A DNA stretch of 63,205 bases, the filler included. It is 8 parts of 8 records of this genome, joined end to end, with 100 filler letters (N's around TTAATTAATTAA, not from the genome) between each part and the next. Parts side by side here need not be neighbours in the genome. Positions count along the whole stretch, not along the records: positions 50,156 to 56,557 come from SRR31156797_34621; positions 56,658 to 63,205 come from SRR31156797_34643; 6 more parts are not named here. One strand, given 5' to 3'. Under the pieces are notes generated by a model, which was not told the origin of the DNA, searched no databases, and saw only the letters and a list, made by a program, of their open reading frames with translations. How positions within the stretch are numbered: the stretch's first letter is position 1; every line of letters begins with the position of its first letter. Below are positions 53,870 through 63,205 of the stretch, in pieces. Both the position numbers and the translations under genes were made by a program.

Positions 53870-54553
53870 TCAGACGGGCCACGGGGCGACGCCGATGGCC
53901 CATTCGTGGACCGCCAGGAGCGCCGCATAGAGCAGGGTTCCGCCGAAAACCGCCCGACCGCCGGTGCCGGTCAAATCGATCCACGCCCGGCCGGCGAAAA
54001 CGGCGGCGAAGGGGATGTTCGAGGTCGCGGCCGCCCGACTATTCCATTCATCGGCGCCCAACCTGCGCCTGGCCTTTGCATCCAGGCTGAGCGGTCCGGC
54101 CAGGCTCAAAACCAGCAGCAGGCCGAACAGGATGATCGACGCCAGATCGCCGTTCGGCACCAGGTGGGCGGCCGACCACAGCGCGAAGGCCCACATCAAA
54201 GGGTGCCTTGTGATCGCGACGATGCCGGGCCGGGCCGGATCGTACACGGCTTTCGCAACCGAAACCGACAAAGGATTGGGCGAAACCAGCGCACCGACGA
54301 ACAGCACGCAGGCGATGGGCATGACCGATACGGGGACCCAGCGCTGCCAGATCGCGAACTCCCAGACCTCGACGAAGGGCGCGCGGATGTATGCCGCCAC
54401 CAGCCACCAGATCATCCCCAGGCTGAGGGCGGAATAGAGGACAATATAGACCCGCCTGCCCAACAGCCCGACCAGATGGCCGCGCAGGCCCGGTGCCGAC
54501 GGCACGGCATGGGTGACGATGAAGGCAATGACGGCAAGGATCAATTCGGTCAC
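53870..54553 (-). CDS. nnrU: NnrU family membrane protein
   Basis: GIVAITRHPLMW, AHLVPNGD, TSNIPF. Confidence 0.85.
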   Translation of the reverse strand: MTELILAVIAFIVTHAVPSAPGLRGHLVGLLGRRVYIVLYSALSLGMIWWLVAAYIRAPFVEVWEFAIWQRWVPVSVMPIACVLFVGALVSPNPLSVSVAKAVYDPARPGIVAITRHPLMWAFALWSAAHLVPNGDLASIILFGLLLVLSLAGPLSLDAKARRRLGADEWNSRAAATSNIPFAAVFAGRAWIDLTGTGGRAVFGGTLLYAALLAVHEWAIGVAPWPV

Positions 54554-54799
54554 GGCCCGTCCCCTATCGCGGCCACGCGGCGGGGTCAAGGCGCATGGCT
54601 CCGCGAACGGGCAAAGCGTTCATTCCATGAACGTGCGCAACCACTGAATCATCGGCCATGTTCATGTTATGAACACGATTTCAGGTTGCCCGGATTCGGA
54701 TCGATCCGAACCGGCGCCGGGGACAAGGTGGCGGTGGTATGGCACCGGGGACATGGCGTCGGGGAAAACTCGGCGGTGACGGTCGAACAGGCCGCAAAC

Positions 54800-55699
54800 T
54801 CAAAGCTCCGGCGCCGGGATGTTTCCTTGCGCGCACGCCGCCAGCACCGTGTTGCGCAGCAGGCACGCGATGGTCATCGGGCCGACGCCGCCGGGCACCG
54901 GGGTGATCGATCCGGCGACCTTCTTGGCTTCGGCGAAATCGACATCGCCGGCCAGCCGCGTCTTGCCCTCGCCCTTCTCCGGCGCCGGGATGCGGTTCAT
55001 GCCGACGTCGATGACGCAGGCGCCGGGTTTGATCCAGTCGCCCTTGACCATCAGGGCGCGCCCCACCGCGACGACAAGGATATCGGCGCGGCGGCATTCG
55101 GCCGCCAGGTCGGCGGTCCGCGAATGCGCCATGGTGACGGTGCAATGTTCGGCCAACAGCAGCGCCGCCATCGGTTTGCCGACGATGTTGGAACGGCCCA
55201 GCACCAGGGCCCGCTTGCCCTTGAGCTCGCCGATCTGGTCCTTGATCATCATCAGACAGCCGGTCGGCGTGCAGGGCACGACGGCGCCGGACGATCCGCT
55301 CCACAGGCGGCCGGTGTTGACGGCGTGAAAACCGTCGACATCCTTGTCGGGATCGATGGCGGCCAGCACGGCTTCGCTGTCGATGTGATCGGGCAGCGGC
55401 AACTGCACCAAGATGCCGTGAACGGCCGGGCTGTGGTTGAGCTTGTCGACCAGGGCCAGCAGGTCGGCCTGGCTGGTGTCGGCGGCGAGCTTGTGTTCGA
55501 AGCTCTGCATGCCGGCCTCGATGGTCTGCTTGCCCTTGTTGCGGACATAGACCTGGCTGGCCGGATCTTCGCCGACCAGGACCACGGCGAGGCCGGGGAT
55601 CAGGCCGTAGCGGTCCTTCAATTCGGTTACGGCCAGTCCGATCCGTTCGCGCAGCCCCGCCGCGAAGGCCTTGCCGTCGATAATCGTCGCATCAGTCAT
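54800..55699 (-). CDS. folD: Methylenetetrahydrofolate dehydrogenase/cyclohydrolase
   Basis: [33 protein letters not shown]. Confidence 0.97.
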   Translation of the reverse strand: MTDATIIDGKAFAAGLRERIGLAVTELKDRYGLIPGLAVVLVGEDPASQVYVRNKGKQTIEAGMQSFEHKLAADTSQADLLALVDKLNHSPAVHGILVQLPLPDHIDSEAVLAAIDPDKDVDGFHAVNTGRLWSGSSGAVVPCTPTGCLMMIKDQIGELKGKRALVLGRSNIVGKPMAALLLAEHCTVTMAHSRTADLAAECRRADILVVAVGRALMVKGDWIKPGACVIDVGMNRIPAPEKGEGKTRLAGDVDFAEAKKVAGSITPVPGGVGPMTIACLLRNTVLAACAQGNIPAPEL

Positions 55700-56018
55700 T
55701 CGTTTCCACCCGTCCCCTAACATGGCGCAGGAGGTCCTCCGTATCGCCGTCGATAAAAACTGTCTTGCGCCGGCTGGTGGCGCCGGATTTCACTTCAAAG
55801 GCCGATTTCGGCAGGTGCCAGCTTTTCGCCAGCAGCTTGATCACCGCCGCGTTCGCCTTGCCGGCCTCGGGTGCCGCCGTCACCGATACCTTCAGCACCG
55901 AACCGCCGTCGGCCTCGGCCTGGACGGTGCCGATACCGTTCCGCGATGCCTTCGGCGAAACCAGGATTCGCAGCACGACGCCGCCGGCCGCCGAGCCCAG
56001 ATATCCGGCCACCGTCAA
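55692..56018 (-). CDS. DUF167/YggU family protein
   Basis: [25 protein letters not shown]. Lies between yggT and folD. Confidence 0.88.
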   Translation of the reverse strand: MTVAGYLGSAAGGVVLRILVSPKASRNGIGTVQAEADGGSVLKVSVTAAPEAGKANAAVIKLLAKSWHLPKSAFEVKSGATSRRKTVFIDGDTEDLLRHVRGRVETND

Positions 56019-56021
56019 CGT

Positions 56022-56312
56022 CTAGAACACGAGGCCGGCAACGACCTTTTTCAGGAAGACCAGCCCCAGAAGCAGCACCACCGGCGACAGGTCGATACCG
56101 CCGAGATCCGGGATGAAACCGCGTATCCGGCGCAACACCGGTTCGGTCAAACGATAGACGACATCGCCGATCAGATAGACGAAGCGGTTGCTTGTATTGA
56201 TCACGTTGAAGGAGGTCAGCCAACTGAGCACGACGGCGGCGATGACCACCCACATGTAGAGATCGATGATGGTGAAAAGCAGCCAGACAACGGGGCCGAT
56301 TAGCGCTTCCAT
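56022..56312 (-). CDS. yggT: YggT family membrane protein
   Basis: LSWL, LTEPVL...IP..GGIDLSP. Confidence 0.9.
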   Translation of the reverse strand: MEALIGPVVWLLFTIIDLYMWVVIAAVVLSWLTSFNVINTSNRFVYLIGDVVYRLTEPVLRRIRGFIPDLGGIDLSPVVLLLGLVFLKKVVAGLVF

Positions 56313-56480
56313 TCGTTCGAAATTCCATCCTGTGGCGTTCGCGCTAAACCTAGCGTTCCGCCTGCGCCTGCGCAAGGCCACCTCGGCCGGGTTTTTGCGC
56401 CAAACCGCAAGCCTTGACACGGCGGCCCCAGGCGACACATTATCCGCGCGTCCCGGCCGATGCGCCGGGTCCGCCGATGT

Positions 56481-56556
56481 GGGGCCGTAGCTCAGTTGGG
56501 AGAGCGCGACGTTCGCAATGTCGAGGTCAGGGGTTCGATTCCCCTCGGCTCCACCA
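56481..56556 (+). tRNA. tRNA-Ala (anticodon CGC)
   Basis: 76-nt cloverleaf GGGGCCG...CGGCTCC-A-CCA with G3:U70. Anticodon loop TTCGCAA. TTGACA at 56414. Confidence 0.97.
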
Positions 56557-56657
56557 TNNNNNNNNNNNNNNNNNNNNNNNNNNNNNNNNNNNNNNNNNNN
56601 NTTAATTAATTAANNNNNNNNNNNNNNNNNNNNNNNNNNNNNNNNNNNNNNNNNNNN

Positions 56658-57260
56658 CGCCTGATCCTTGAGAACTGGAACGACTTCTCCTTCGGTCCAA
56701 GCGGTATCGCCAACATCCCCAGGCCCGAGCTCTTCGGTCAGAAGCTGAAGCTGGCCCAGGTGACCAATTTCACCTACTTCATAGCCATCGCGCTGACCAT
56801 CCTGACCATCATCGTTATCAGACGGATGGAAAGCTCCAAGATCGGACGGGCCTGGGAGGCCATGAGAGAGGACGAGATAGCCTGCCAGGCCATGGGAATC
56901 GATATCACAAAGGCCAAACTGGCCGCCTTCTCTATGGGCGCTGTCTGGGCAGGCATCATGGGCGTTCTGTTCGCCGCGAAGACAACCTTTATCAATCCCG
57001 CAAGTTTTACCACATGGGAATCCATCGTCATTCTCTGTGTCGTCGTTATCGGCGGTATGGCGTCTATCCCAGGCGTTATAGCGGGGGCCCTGATCTTTAT
57101 ACTGACACCCGAGTACTTGAGAGCCTTCTCCGAATACAGGATGCTGATCTTCGGGATCGCGCTGGTTATGATGATGATCTTCCGCCCCGGAGGGATCATA
57201 CCCAAGATCAGAAGATCCTACACATTTAAAAGCGAAGAAGCACAGGAGGCGGAGGCGTGA
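56658..57260 (+). CDS. livM: Branched-chain amino acid ABC permease (5' partial)
   Basis: GRAWEAMREDEIA..AMGI, VVIGG, RPGG. Confidence 0.9.
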   Translation, partial: RLILENWNDFSFGPSGIANIPRPELFGQKLKLAQVTNFTYFIAIALTILTIIVIRRMESSKIGRAWEAMREDEIACQAMGIDITKAKLAAFSMGAVWAGIMGVLFAAKTTFINPASFTTWESIVILCVVVIGGMASIPGVIAGALIFILTPEYLRAFSEYRMLIFGIALVMMMIFRPGGIIPKIRRSYTFKSEEAQEAEA

Positions 57261-58051
57261 GCATAGCACCCGTACTGGAAGTAAACGACCTGTCCATGGT
57301 GTTCGGAGGGCTCCGGGCCGTGGACAATGTGAGCCTGAAGATAGACAAGGGTGAGATCGTCGCCCTGATCGGCCCCAACGGAGCCGGTAAAACCACCTTT
57401 TTTAACTGCGTGACCGGTGTCTACGTACCGACCCACGGAGAGGTGAAGATCAATCCTCCCGCAGGTCAGACGGCCGTGCTCAACGGCCTTAAACCCAATG
57501 TGATCAACGAGAAGGGGCTGGCCAGAACCTTTCAGAACATCAGGCTGTTCAGCAATATGACGGTCCTTGAGAACGTTATGATCGGTCGGCATCAGTCCCT
57601 GAGGTCGACCATCCTCAGCTCCGTGCTCAGGACGAAGAAGAACAGACTGGAAGAGCAGAAGGTCATCGACGACAGCTATGCCATCCTGAAGAAGATAGGC
57701 CTTGAGATGTACGTCAACGATCTGGCCTGTAATCTGCCCTACGGCGCCCAGAGGCGCCTGGAAATAGCCAGAGCCATGGCGACCGATCCCTTTCTTCTCC
57801 TCCTGGACGAGCCCGCCGCGGGTATGAATCCCCAGGAGACCAACGATCTGGTGGATCTGATACAGAGGCTGAGGAAGGAAGACGATCTGTCCATCCTTCT
57901 GATCGAGCATGATATGAGCCTTGTCATGACCCTTTCCGAGAGGATCTATGTGGTCGACTACGGGAAGCTGATCGCCGAAGGATCTCCCATGGATATCAAG
58001 AACAACAAGGAAGTTATCAAGGCCTATCTGGGAGAGGATATCGATGCTTAA
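57257..58051 (+). CDS. livG: Branched-chain amino acid ABC ATPase
   Basis: GPNGAGKTT, ARTFQNIRLF, LPYG.QR, DEPAAG. Confidence 0.93.
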   Translation: MSIAPVLEVNDLSMVFGGLRAVDNVSLKIDKGEIVALIGPNGAGKTTFFNCVTGVYVPTHGEVKINPPAGQTAVLNGLKPNVINEKGLARTFQNIRLFSNMTVLENVMIGRHQSLRSTILSSVLRTKKNRLEEQKVIDDSYAILKKIGLEMYVNDLACNLPYGAQRRLEIARAMATDPFLLLLDEPAAGMNPQETNDLVDLIQRLRKEDDLSILLIEHDMSLVMTLSERIYVVDYGKLIAEGSPMDIKNNKEVIKAYLGEDIDA

Positions 58052-58751
58052 GATTAAAAATATCAGTACCTTTTACGGTAACATACAGGCCCTGAAGGAT
58101 ATCTCCATCGAGGTATCCGAGGGGGAGATCATCACCCTTATAGGGGCGAACGGAGCGGGTAAGTCCACCACTCTGATGTCCCTCTGCGGCATCGTGCCCG
58201 TAAAGAGCGGTTCCATAGAGTTCGAAGGACAGGAGATCTCGAAGATGAATCCTGACAGGATCGTCTCCCTGGGAATCAGCCAGGTTCCCGAAGGGCGTCG
58301 TATCTTTCCCCAGCTGTCGGTCCGGGAGAACCTGGATATGGGAGCCTTTCTCCGTAACGATAAAGAAGATATAAAAAAAGACATTGAATATGTCTATGAT
58401 CTGTTTCCAAGACTGGCCGAGAGACGCCATCAGCAGGGGGGAACCCTCAGCGGGGGAGAGCAGCAGATGCTGGCCATCTCGCGGGCCCTGATGGCCCGCC
58501 CCCGGCTGCTCCTTCTTGACGAGCCTTCCCTAGGACTGGCGCCGCTCATCGTTCAGCAGATCTTCGAGATCATCAAGAGGGTAAACAAAGAGAACAACAC
58601 CACCGTCTTCCTTGTTGAACAGAACGCCAATATGGCTTTGAAGATCGCCCACAGGGGCTATGTACTCGAAACAGGAAAAATCAGCATGACCGACGACGCG
58701 GACAAGCTGCTGGCCAACGAGGATGTGAAGAAGGCCTATCTGGGAATCTGA
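58044..58751 (+). CDS. livF: Branched-chain amino acid ABC ATPase
   Basis: GANGAGKST, PEGRRIF, LSGGEQQML, DEPSLGLAP. Confidence 0.93.
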   Translation: MLKIKNISTFYGNIQALKDISIEVSEGEIITLIGANGAGKSTTLMSLCGIVPVKSGSIEFEGQEISKMNPDRIVSLGISQVPEGRRIFPQLSVRENLDMGAFLRNDKEDIKKDIEYVYDLFPRLAERRHQQGGTLSGGEQQMLAISRALMARPRLLLLDEPSLGLAPLIVQQIFEIIKRVNKENNTTVFLVEQNANMALKIAHRGYVLETGKISMTDDADKLLANEDVKKAYLGI

Positions 58752-58850
58752 CAGCCCGAAGGCACAGAAAAAAAACATTCAGCAGGGCCGCCGATTCAGG
58801 TGGCCCTGTTTTGAGTCCGACAGCCTCCTGACCGGAGGCGGAACCGTACG

Positions 58851-59627
58851 CTAGAAGAGCATTCCGTCTGGGCGTTGGTCGGGAGAGCCCTCCGGGTATA
58901 ATCGCTGCATCTCGCTTCTGATATAGTCTCCCATGGCCATCAGATGGAGGATCCTGTTCCAGGGATATCCGGAGGCCCGGATCTCCGCCTTCATACCCTC
59001 AAGGGCCTCGGGCTTATTGAGCCAGATATAGCTGGCAGCCGTTATCCTGTCCTCCCGGATCAGATTGCGCATGGCCGGAAGGACTGTATCCCGTTGCCAT
59101 TCCCCGTCGAAACTCCTGCCGATATAGAGGAGGTACCAGTAGCTGAACTCGCTCCTTTCGTCGTAAAAATCCCTGACCATCCAGGGAAGCTCCTTCAAAA
59201 GGAGGCTTTTCTCCAAAAGGTAATCCAGCTCGGCGAGGATTTCGCCCCTCAGCGCGTTCAAGGCTCCTCCCTCTGCATCATCCGGCATGGAACGTCCCGA
59301 TATCAGCTCTATGAACTCCCTGCGGGTATCGTCATCCCAGTTCCTGTATAAAAGGGCATCGTAGACCATGTGGACCATTAGCTGATCCTTATCCGCCCAT
59401 GTGTTGATACTGCCCATGAGCCATACTCTGCTATCGATATCCCGATTGCCCGGCCCCGTGCCCCCCGCAGCCTCCACGGCGGCCATAATGGTCCTGTAAG
59501 CGCCCTCAGCCTCATCAGGCTTCTCAGGATACTCTACCGGGAGCACTGTTTCCTGCTCAGGCAATGTACGGCAGGAGAGGGCCGTCAGCAAAAGAGATGC
59601 GATTAACAATCTGATTAGCATTTTCAT
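58851..59627 (-). CDS. Hypothetical lipoprotein
   Basis: Signal peptide ending in an ALSC lipobox. Confidence 0.7.
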   Translation of the reverse strand: MKMLIRLLIASLLLTALSCRTLPEQETVLPVEYPEKPDEAEGAYRTIMAAVEAAGGTGPGNRDIDSRVWLMGSINTWADKDQLMVHMVYDALLYRNWDDDTRREFIELISGRSMPDDAEGGALNALRGEILAELDYLLEKSLLLKELPWMVRDFYDERSEFSYWYLLYIGRSFDGEWQRDTVLPAMRNLIREDRITAASYIWLNKPEALEGMKAEIRASGYPWNRILHLMAMGDYIRSEMQRLYPEGSPDQRPDGMLF

Positions 59628-59694
59628 ACTTCCATTGTACCCCTGTTTTCAGGATAATCAGAGTCCCCTATGCGATCCGGCCTGAAGAAAAAGG

Positions 59695-61158
59695 CTACAT
59701 GAGGGGCGAGAAGAGGCGACAGAAGGAGTTTCGCAGACGGAAGGGGAAGCTCAGTTTTTTTATCTCCTCCAATGTGATGGACCGGCAGTACGTTCTATCC
59801 TCTTCGAACTGATCCCTAAGCTCTCTGGAAACCTTGTCGTCATAGAGCACCGTATTGACCTCGTAATTCAGCCGGAAGCTGCGGACGTCCATATTGCAGG
59901 TGCCCACAGTGCTGACCACCTCATCCATAATCAGTACCTTGGAGTGGAGAAAGCCCTTTTCGTAGTGAAGGACTTCCACACCCGCTTCCAGAAGGGTGTC
60001 CAGATAGGTGAAGGCAGTCCACCAGACGATGCTTTTGTCCGGACGCCCCGTCATCATAAGGGTAACCTTGACCCCGCTCATAGCCGCGGACTCCAGGGCT
60101 CTCATCATGGCGAGATCGGGAATAAAGTAGGGGCTCTGAATACAGACCTCATGATTGGCGTTGGTGATCATATTGAAGAGGAGCAGCTCAATGGAGTCCC
60201 ACTTCGAATCGGGGCCGCTGACGGCGATCTGAACGGGAACTTCATGGGGCGGTTCGGGATCCCTGCGGATCTCAGGGAAAAAATCATCGTTCATCAGAAG
60301 CTCGTGTCCGCAGTTAAACCAGTCTGTAAGGAAAATGGCCTGCAGGATGCTGACACAGTTGCCCTTCAGACGCACATGGCTGTCCCTCCATGAGTCGAAG
60401 CGCCTGCCACCAGTGATATACTCACATCCGATATTCATCCCGCCTGTGTAGCCGATACGGCTGTCGATGACCACGATCTTCTTGTGATTGCTGTAATTGA
60501 TCTGCAGACGGGCGATAAAACGGTTGAGGTCCTTGAAGTAACTGAACTGAACGCCCGCCTCCCTCAGTTCCCTTCTGTATCGGTAGGAGATGCGGCCGAA
60601 GGAACCCAGACCGTCGAATATAAGCTTGACGTCCACTCCCTGGCGGGCCTTTCTGATAAGAATGTCCTTGATCCTGCAGCCCAGATCATCGGAGCGCCAG
60701 ATATAGTACTCCATGTGGATTGAATCTTCAGCAGCCTCCAGATCCCGGAGCATATGGTCAAACAGGGTCTCCCCGTCATGGTAGAGTTCGACCTGATTGT
60801 TCGTGGTAAGGGCGGCCTGGTTGGCTGTCAGAAGGAGCTTTATGTTCTTCAGGATATCCGTCATGGTTTCGCTGTCGCCGGGATCGCTCTCCATGATAAA
60901 GCTTTTCTGTTCCTGAAGCACCGGTTCGAGCATCTCGGAAAACAGGTCCTCCGGGCGCCGCGCTATCACCTTGTGCTTCTTCCTGTCCACTCCCACCAGC
61001 AGATACAGGCCTATGCCGACTATGGGAATGACCATGACCAGGAGGATCCATCCGAGAGAAGACTCGCTCTCCTGATTGGATAGAAGAATGAAGATGACAA
61101 AACAGAAGATAACGATAAAATTCATATAGTAAAGCACTTCGGGAAGGATCTTGAGCAT
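59695..61158 (-). CDS. cls: Cardiolipin synthase
   Basis: Two HxKxxxxD motifs (HKKIVVID, HSKVLIMD), N-terminal TM pair, AAGGAG RBS. Confidence 0.93.
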   Translation of the reverse strand: MLKILPEVLYYMNFIVIFCFVIFILLSNQESESSLGWILLVMVIPIVGIGLYLLVGVDRKKHKVIARRPEDLFSEMLEPVLQEQKSFIMESDPGDSETMTDILKNIKLLLTANQAALTTNNQVELYHDGETLFDHMLRDLEAAEDSIHMEYYIWRSDDLGCRIKDILIRKARQGVDVKLIFDGLGSFGRISYRYRRELREAGVQFSYFKDLNRFIARLQINYSNHKKIVVIDSRIGYTGGMNIGCEYITGGRRFDSWRDSHVRLKGNCVSILQAIFLTDWFNCGHELLMNDDFFPEIRRDPEPPHEVPVQIAVSGPDSKWDSIELLLFNMITNANHEVCIQSPYFIPDLAMMRALESAAMSGVKVTLMMTGRPDKSIVWWTAFTYLDTLLEAGVEVLHYEKGFLHSKVLIMDEVVSTVGTCNMDVRSFRLNYEVNTVLYDDKVSRELRDQFEEDRTYCRSITLEEIKKLSFPFRLRNSFCRLFSPLM

Positions 61159-61269
61159 TACCGTTCTCCTTGCCTTCATTCTAAATGACTGTTCAGTGAC
61201 GATCAAGGGAAAATGACCCGCTCCCTGAACTTCCCTTTCCTCAGATTTTTTGATATTTTAATCTTCATT

Positions 61270-62202
61270 ATGGAAGTATTTGTTTTAGGTACGGGAGGAA
61301 TGATGCCCCTTCCCGGAAGATACCTCACCTCCGTTCTGGTCAGACGGGAAGGAAACCTCTTCCTCTTTGACTGCGGAGAGGGGACACAGGTTTCTCTGCG
61401 TAAACTGAATCTCAGATGGAAGAAGATAAACACCATCTTTATATCCCATACCCATGCGGATCATATAACCGGACTGCCCGGCATACTGATGCTCTCCTCC
61501 CAGGTGGAGAGAAGCGAGCCTCTGACGATAATCGGACCGCCCAAGATAAGAGAGTATGTGGAGAGCAGTCGCCAGGTTCTGGATATGTACGTGAATTATG
61601 AGATCATCGTCAAGGAGATCGCCGAACCTGAAAAACCGGGGATCGTCTACGAAGACGAGGAACTGAGGATTCGTTCGGTGCCCCTGAACCACTCGAAGGT
61701 CTGCGTCGGTTATGTGATGGAGGAGAAGGACAGACCCGGAGTCTTCTATCCCGAGAAGGCGGCGGCGAGCGGCGTTCCCTGCGGGCCCCAGTGGTCAGTG
61801 CTTCAGAACGGCGGCAACGTCAGCCTTGAGGACGGACGCGTCGTCGAACCGTCAATGGTTATGGGACCGCCCCGGAAGGGAAAGAAGTTCAGCTTCGTCA
61901 CCGACACGGCCTATGTTCCCGATCTGGCAGCGGAGGTAGCCGGTTCGGATCTGTTTATCTGCGAGGGGATGTTCGACAGCTCCCTGAAGGATTCGGCCAG
62001 AGAGAAGAAGCACCTTACCTCCAGGCAGGCCGCCGGAATAGCATCGAAGGCAGGGGGCATCAAGAGCATGGGCCTGATCCATTACAGTCCAAGATATACG
62101 GAAAGGGATCTGAAAAACCTGCTTAAGGAAGCCCGCGAGATATTCCCGGACACCTTCCTCTGCCGGGACAGGATGACCATAGAGATAGAGAACGAGGAAT
62201 GA
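61270..62202 (+). CDS. rnz: Ribonuclease Z
   Basis: LGTGG..P, FDCGEGTQ, HTHADH, exosite GP, HYSPRY. Confidence 0.94.
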   Translation: MEVFVLGTGGMMPLPGRYLTSVLVRREGNLFLFDCGEGTQVSLRKLNLRWKKINTIFISHTHADHITGLPGILMLSSQVERSEPLTIIGPPKIREYVESSRQVLDMYVNYEIIVKEIAEPEKPGIVYEDEELRIRSVPLNHSKVCVGYVMEEKDRPGVFYPEKAAASGVPCGPQWSVLQNGGNVSLEDGRVVEPSMVMGPPRKGKKFSFVTDTAYVPDLAAEVAGSDLFICEGMFDSSLKDSAREKKHLTSRQAAGIASKAGGIKSMGLIHYSPRYTERDLKNLLKEAREIFPDTFLCRDRMTIEIENEE

Positions 62203-62233
62203 AAAAAGGGTCGGTTTAAGCCGACCCTTTTTT
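62202..62233. terminator. Bidirectional Rho-independent terminator
   Basis: AAAAAAGGGTCGG-TTTAAG-CCGACCCTTTTTT between convergent genes. Confidence 0.85.
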
Positions 62234-62251
62234 CATTCTTTTCTGTGTTAT

Positions 62252-63205
62252 TTACGAGTTCTTACTCAGGTACTCTCTGAAGCGTTCGGGATCCGAACGG
62301 AATCCGACTATAGGATTCTCATCATCGCACTTGTTCAGTGAGGTATCTGCCTCATGGATCAGCCTTTTGCCTGTGATAAGCCTGCCGTTTCTGGAGGACA
62401 GTCCACAGCTGAGTCCTCTGATGGACTCCTCGATTTCAAGCTTTTTGAAGAGGGATTGGATATTCTCTATCGCCTCGTCCAGATCCTTGTTGGGATCGAT
62501 CATGGCCAGAGCTTCGTCTCCGGCTTCGAAAATGAGATCCGGATAGCTGTAGGCATCCTTGATCTTCCCCGAGATCTGCTCCATCTCCTCGGACGATCCC
62601 TTCCTGATCATAATCAATACCAGATCCTGATCGAAGGAAGCGGCTCTTTCAAGCTCCAATCCCAGACGCTCTTCCAGGAAAGCCTCCCAACCGAGTCCGG
62701 TTTCAGGATTATAGAGGGTAGGCTCTCCGTCGCCTGCGCTCAACTGCCCATCATTGCCTGTCATACTAAAATCATCTTCACCGGAAAGCTCGTCATCCCC
62801 CAGGAAACTCATATCATCAGAAGCAGTGCTCTCTTCATGATCCATGGCATCCAGATCCTCAGGATCGGGAATATCGGGTATATCATCTTCCAGGTTCAGA
62901 TCGTCCAGATTAAAATCATCTTCCGACGTCTCTTCCATAGCTGCCGGTTCGTCCGTACTATCGCCCATGGAGTCATCCAGATCGTCAAATCCGTCCAGGT
63001 CAAGATCATCAAGGTTCTCATCCCCGGGCAAGCTCAGGTCGTCATCGGGAAGGTCCAGCTCCCCGAAATCGGATTCCGATTCCTCCGGTGCGTCGAAGGA
63101 CAGATCATCCGATATCATTTCCTGTGACGCGTCCGAAAATGGTTCGTCACCGGGAAGGTTGAAATCCAGATCATCCGAAGAAGCGCCTTCAAAACCTGTT
63201 TCATC
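62252..63205 (-). CDS. Protein with a long acidic low-complexity region and a degenerate GGDEF-like C-terminal domain (5' partial)
   Basis: Frame is open to the window edge. D/E-rich tract, then YNPETGL...LEERL..ELERA...DQDL with no GGDEF motif. Confidence 0.7.
   Translation of the reverse strand, partial: DETGFEGASSDDLDFNLPGDEPFSDASQEMISDDLSFDAPEESESDFGELDLPDDDLSLPGDENLDDLDLDGFDDLDDSMGDSTDEPAAMEETSEDDFNLDDLNLEDDIPDIPDPEDLDAMDHEESTASDDMSFLGDDELSGEDDFSMTGNDGQLSAGDGEPTLYNPETGLGWEAFLEERLGLELERAASFDQDLVLIMIRKGSSEEMEQISGKIKDAYSYPDLIFEAGDEALAMIDPNKDLDEAIENIQSLFKKLEIEESIRGLSCGLSSRNGRLITGKRLIHEADTSLNKCDDENPIVGFRSDPERFREYLSKNS

Noticed and set aside
56481-56557. Island integrated at tRNA-Ala
   Set aside because: The contig ends 1 bp after CCA. 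This is suggestive, but there is no downstream sequence to support it.

Overview
The window is not one genome. It is eight unrelated contigs joined by 100-bp artificial spacers (N44-TTAATTAATTAA-N44) at 10268, 19000, 30778, 37737, 43425, 50056 and 56558, so gene context is only meaningful within a contig. Taxonomic labels below are inferences from gene content and composition. (1) 1-10267: probably a Methanosarcinaceae-like archaeon (RelA/SpoT-type HD hydrolase, Kef antiporter, nitroreductase, two GT2 glycosyltransferases, broken pdxT). (2) 10368-18999: a run of pseudogenes and an MNT-HEPN pair, then a tRNA-Leu 3' fragment (att site) and an AT-rich phage-satellite-like element. That element has an HTH gene, a Rep-like gene with adjacent iterons, an unknown 267-aa gene, a TerS-like gene and a dif-like site flanked by IHF boxes. 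(3) 19100-30777: Desulfobacterota-like housekeeping region (aroB, DAHP synthase with an unannotated Phe/Tyr/Trp leader-peptide attenuator, znuABC, TRAP transporter, nadC, valS). (4) 30878-37736: an anaerobe with an MtaA/CmuA methyltransferase, an arylamine N-acetyltransferase, a four-helix-bundle gene enclosed in ~100-bp heptamer-built inverted repeats, and a NuoE/NuoF/GltD-fusion (Stn-like) operon. (5) 37837-43424: RND pump, atypical Fic gene and the end of an integron integrase. (6) 43525-50055 and (7) 50156-56557: GC-rich alphaproteobacterium-like (napFDA, aspartate aminotransferase, EF-G paralogue, feoABC, nnrU, folD, tRNA-Ala). (8) 56658-63205: spirochaete-like (livMGF, cls, rnz). The best leads are the repeat-enclosed four-helix-bundle element, the satellite-like element and the aromatic attenuator.
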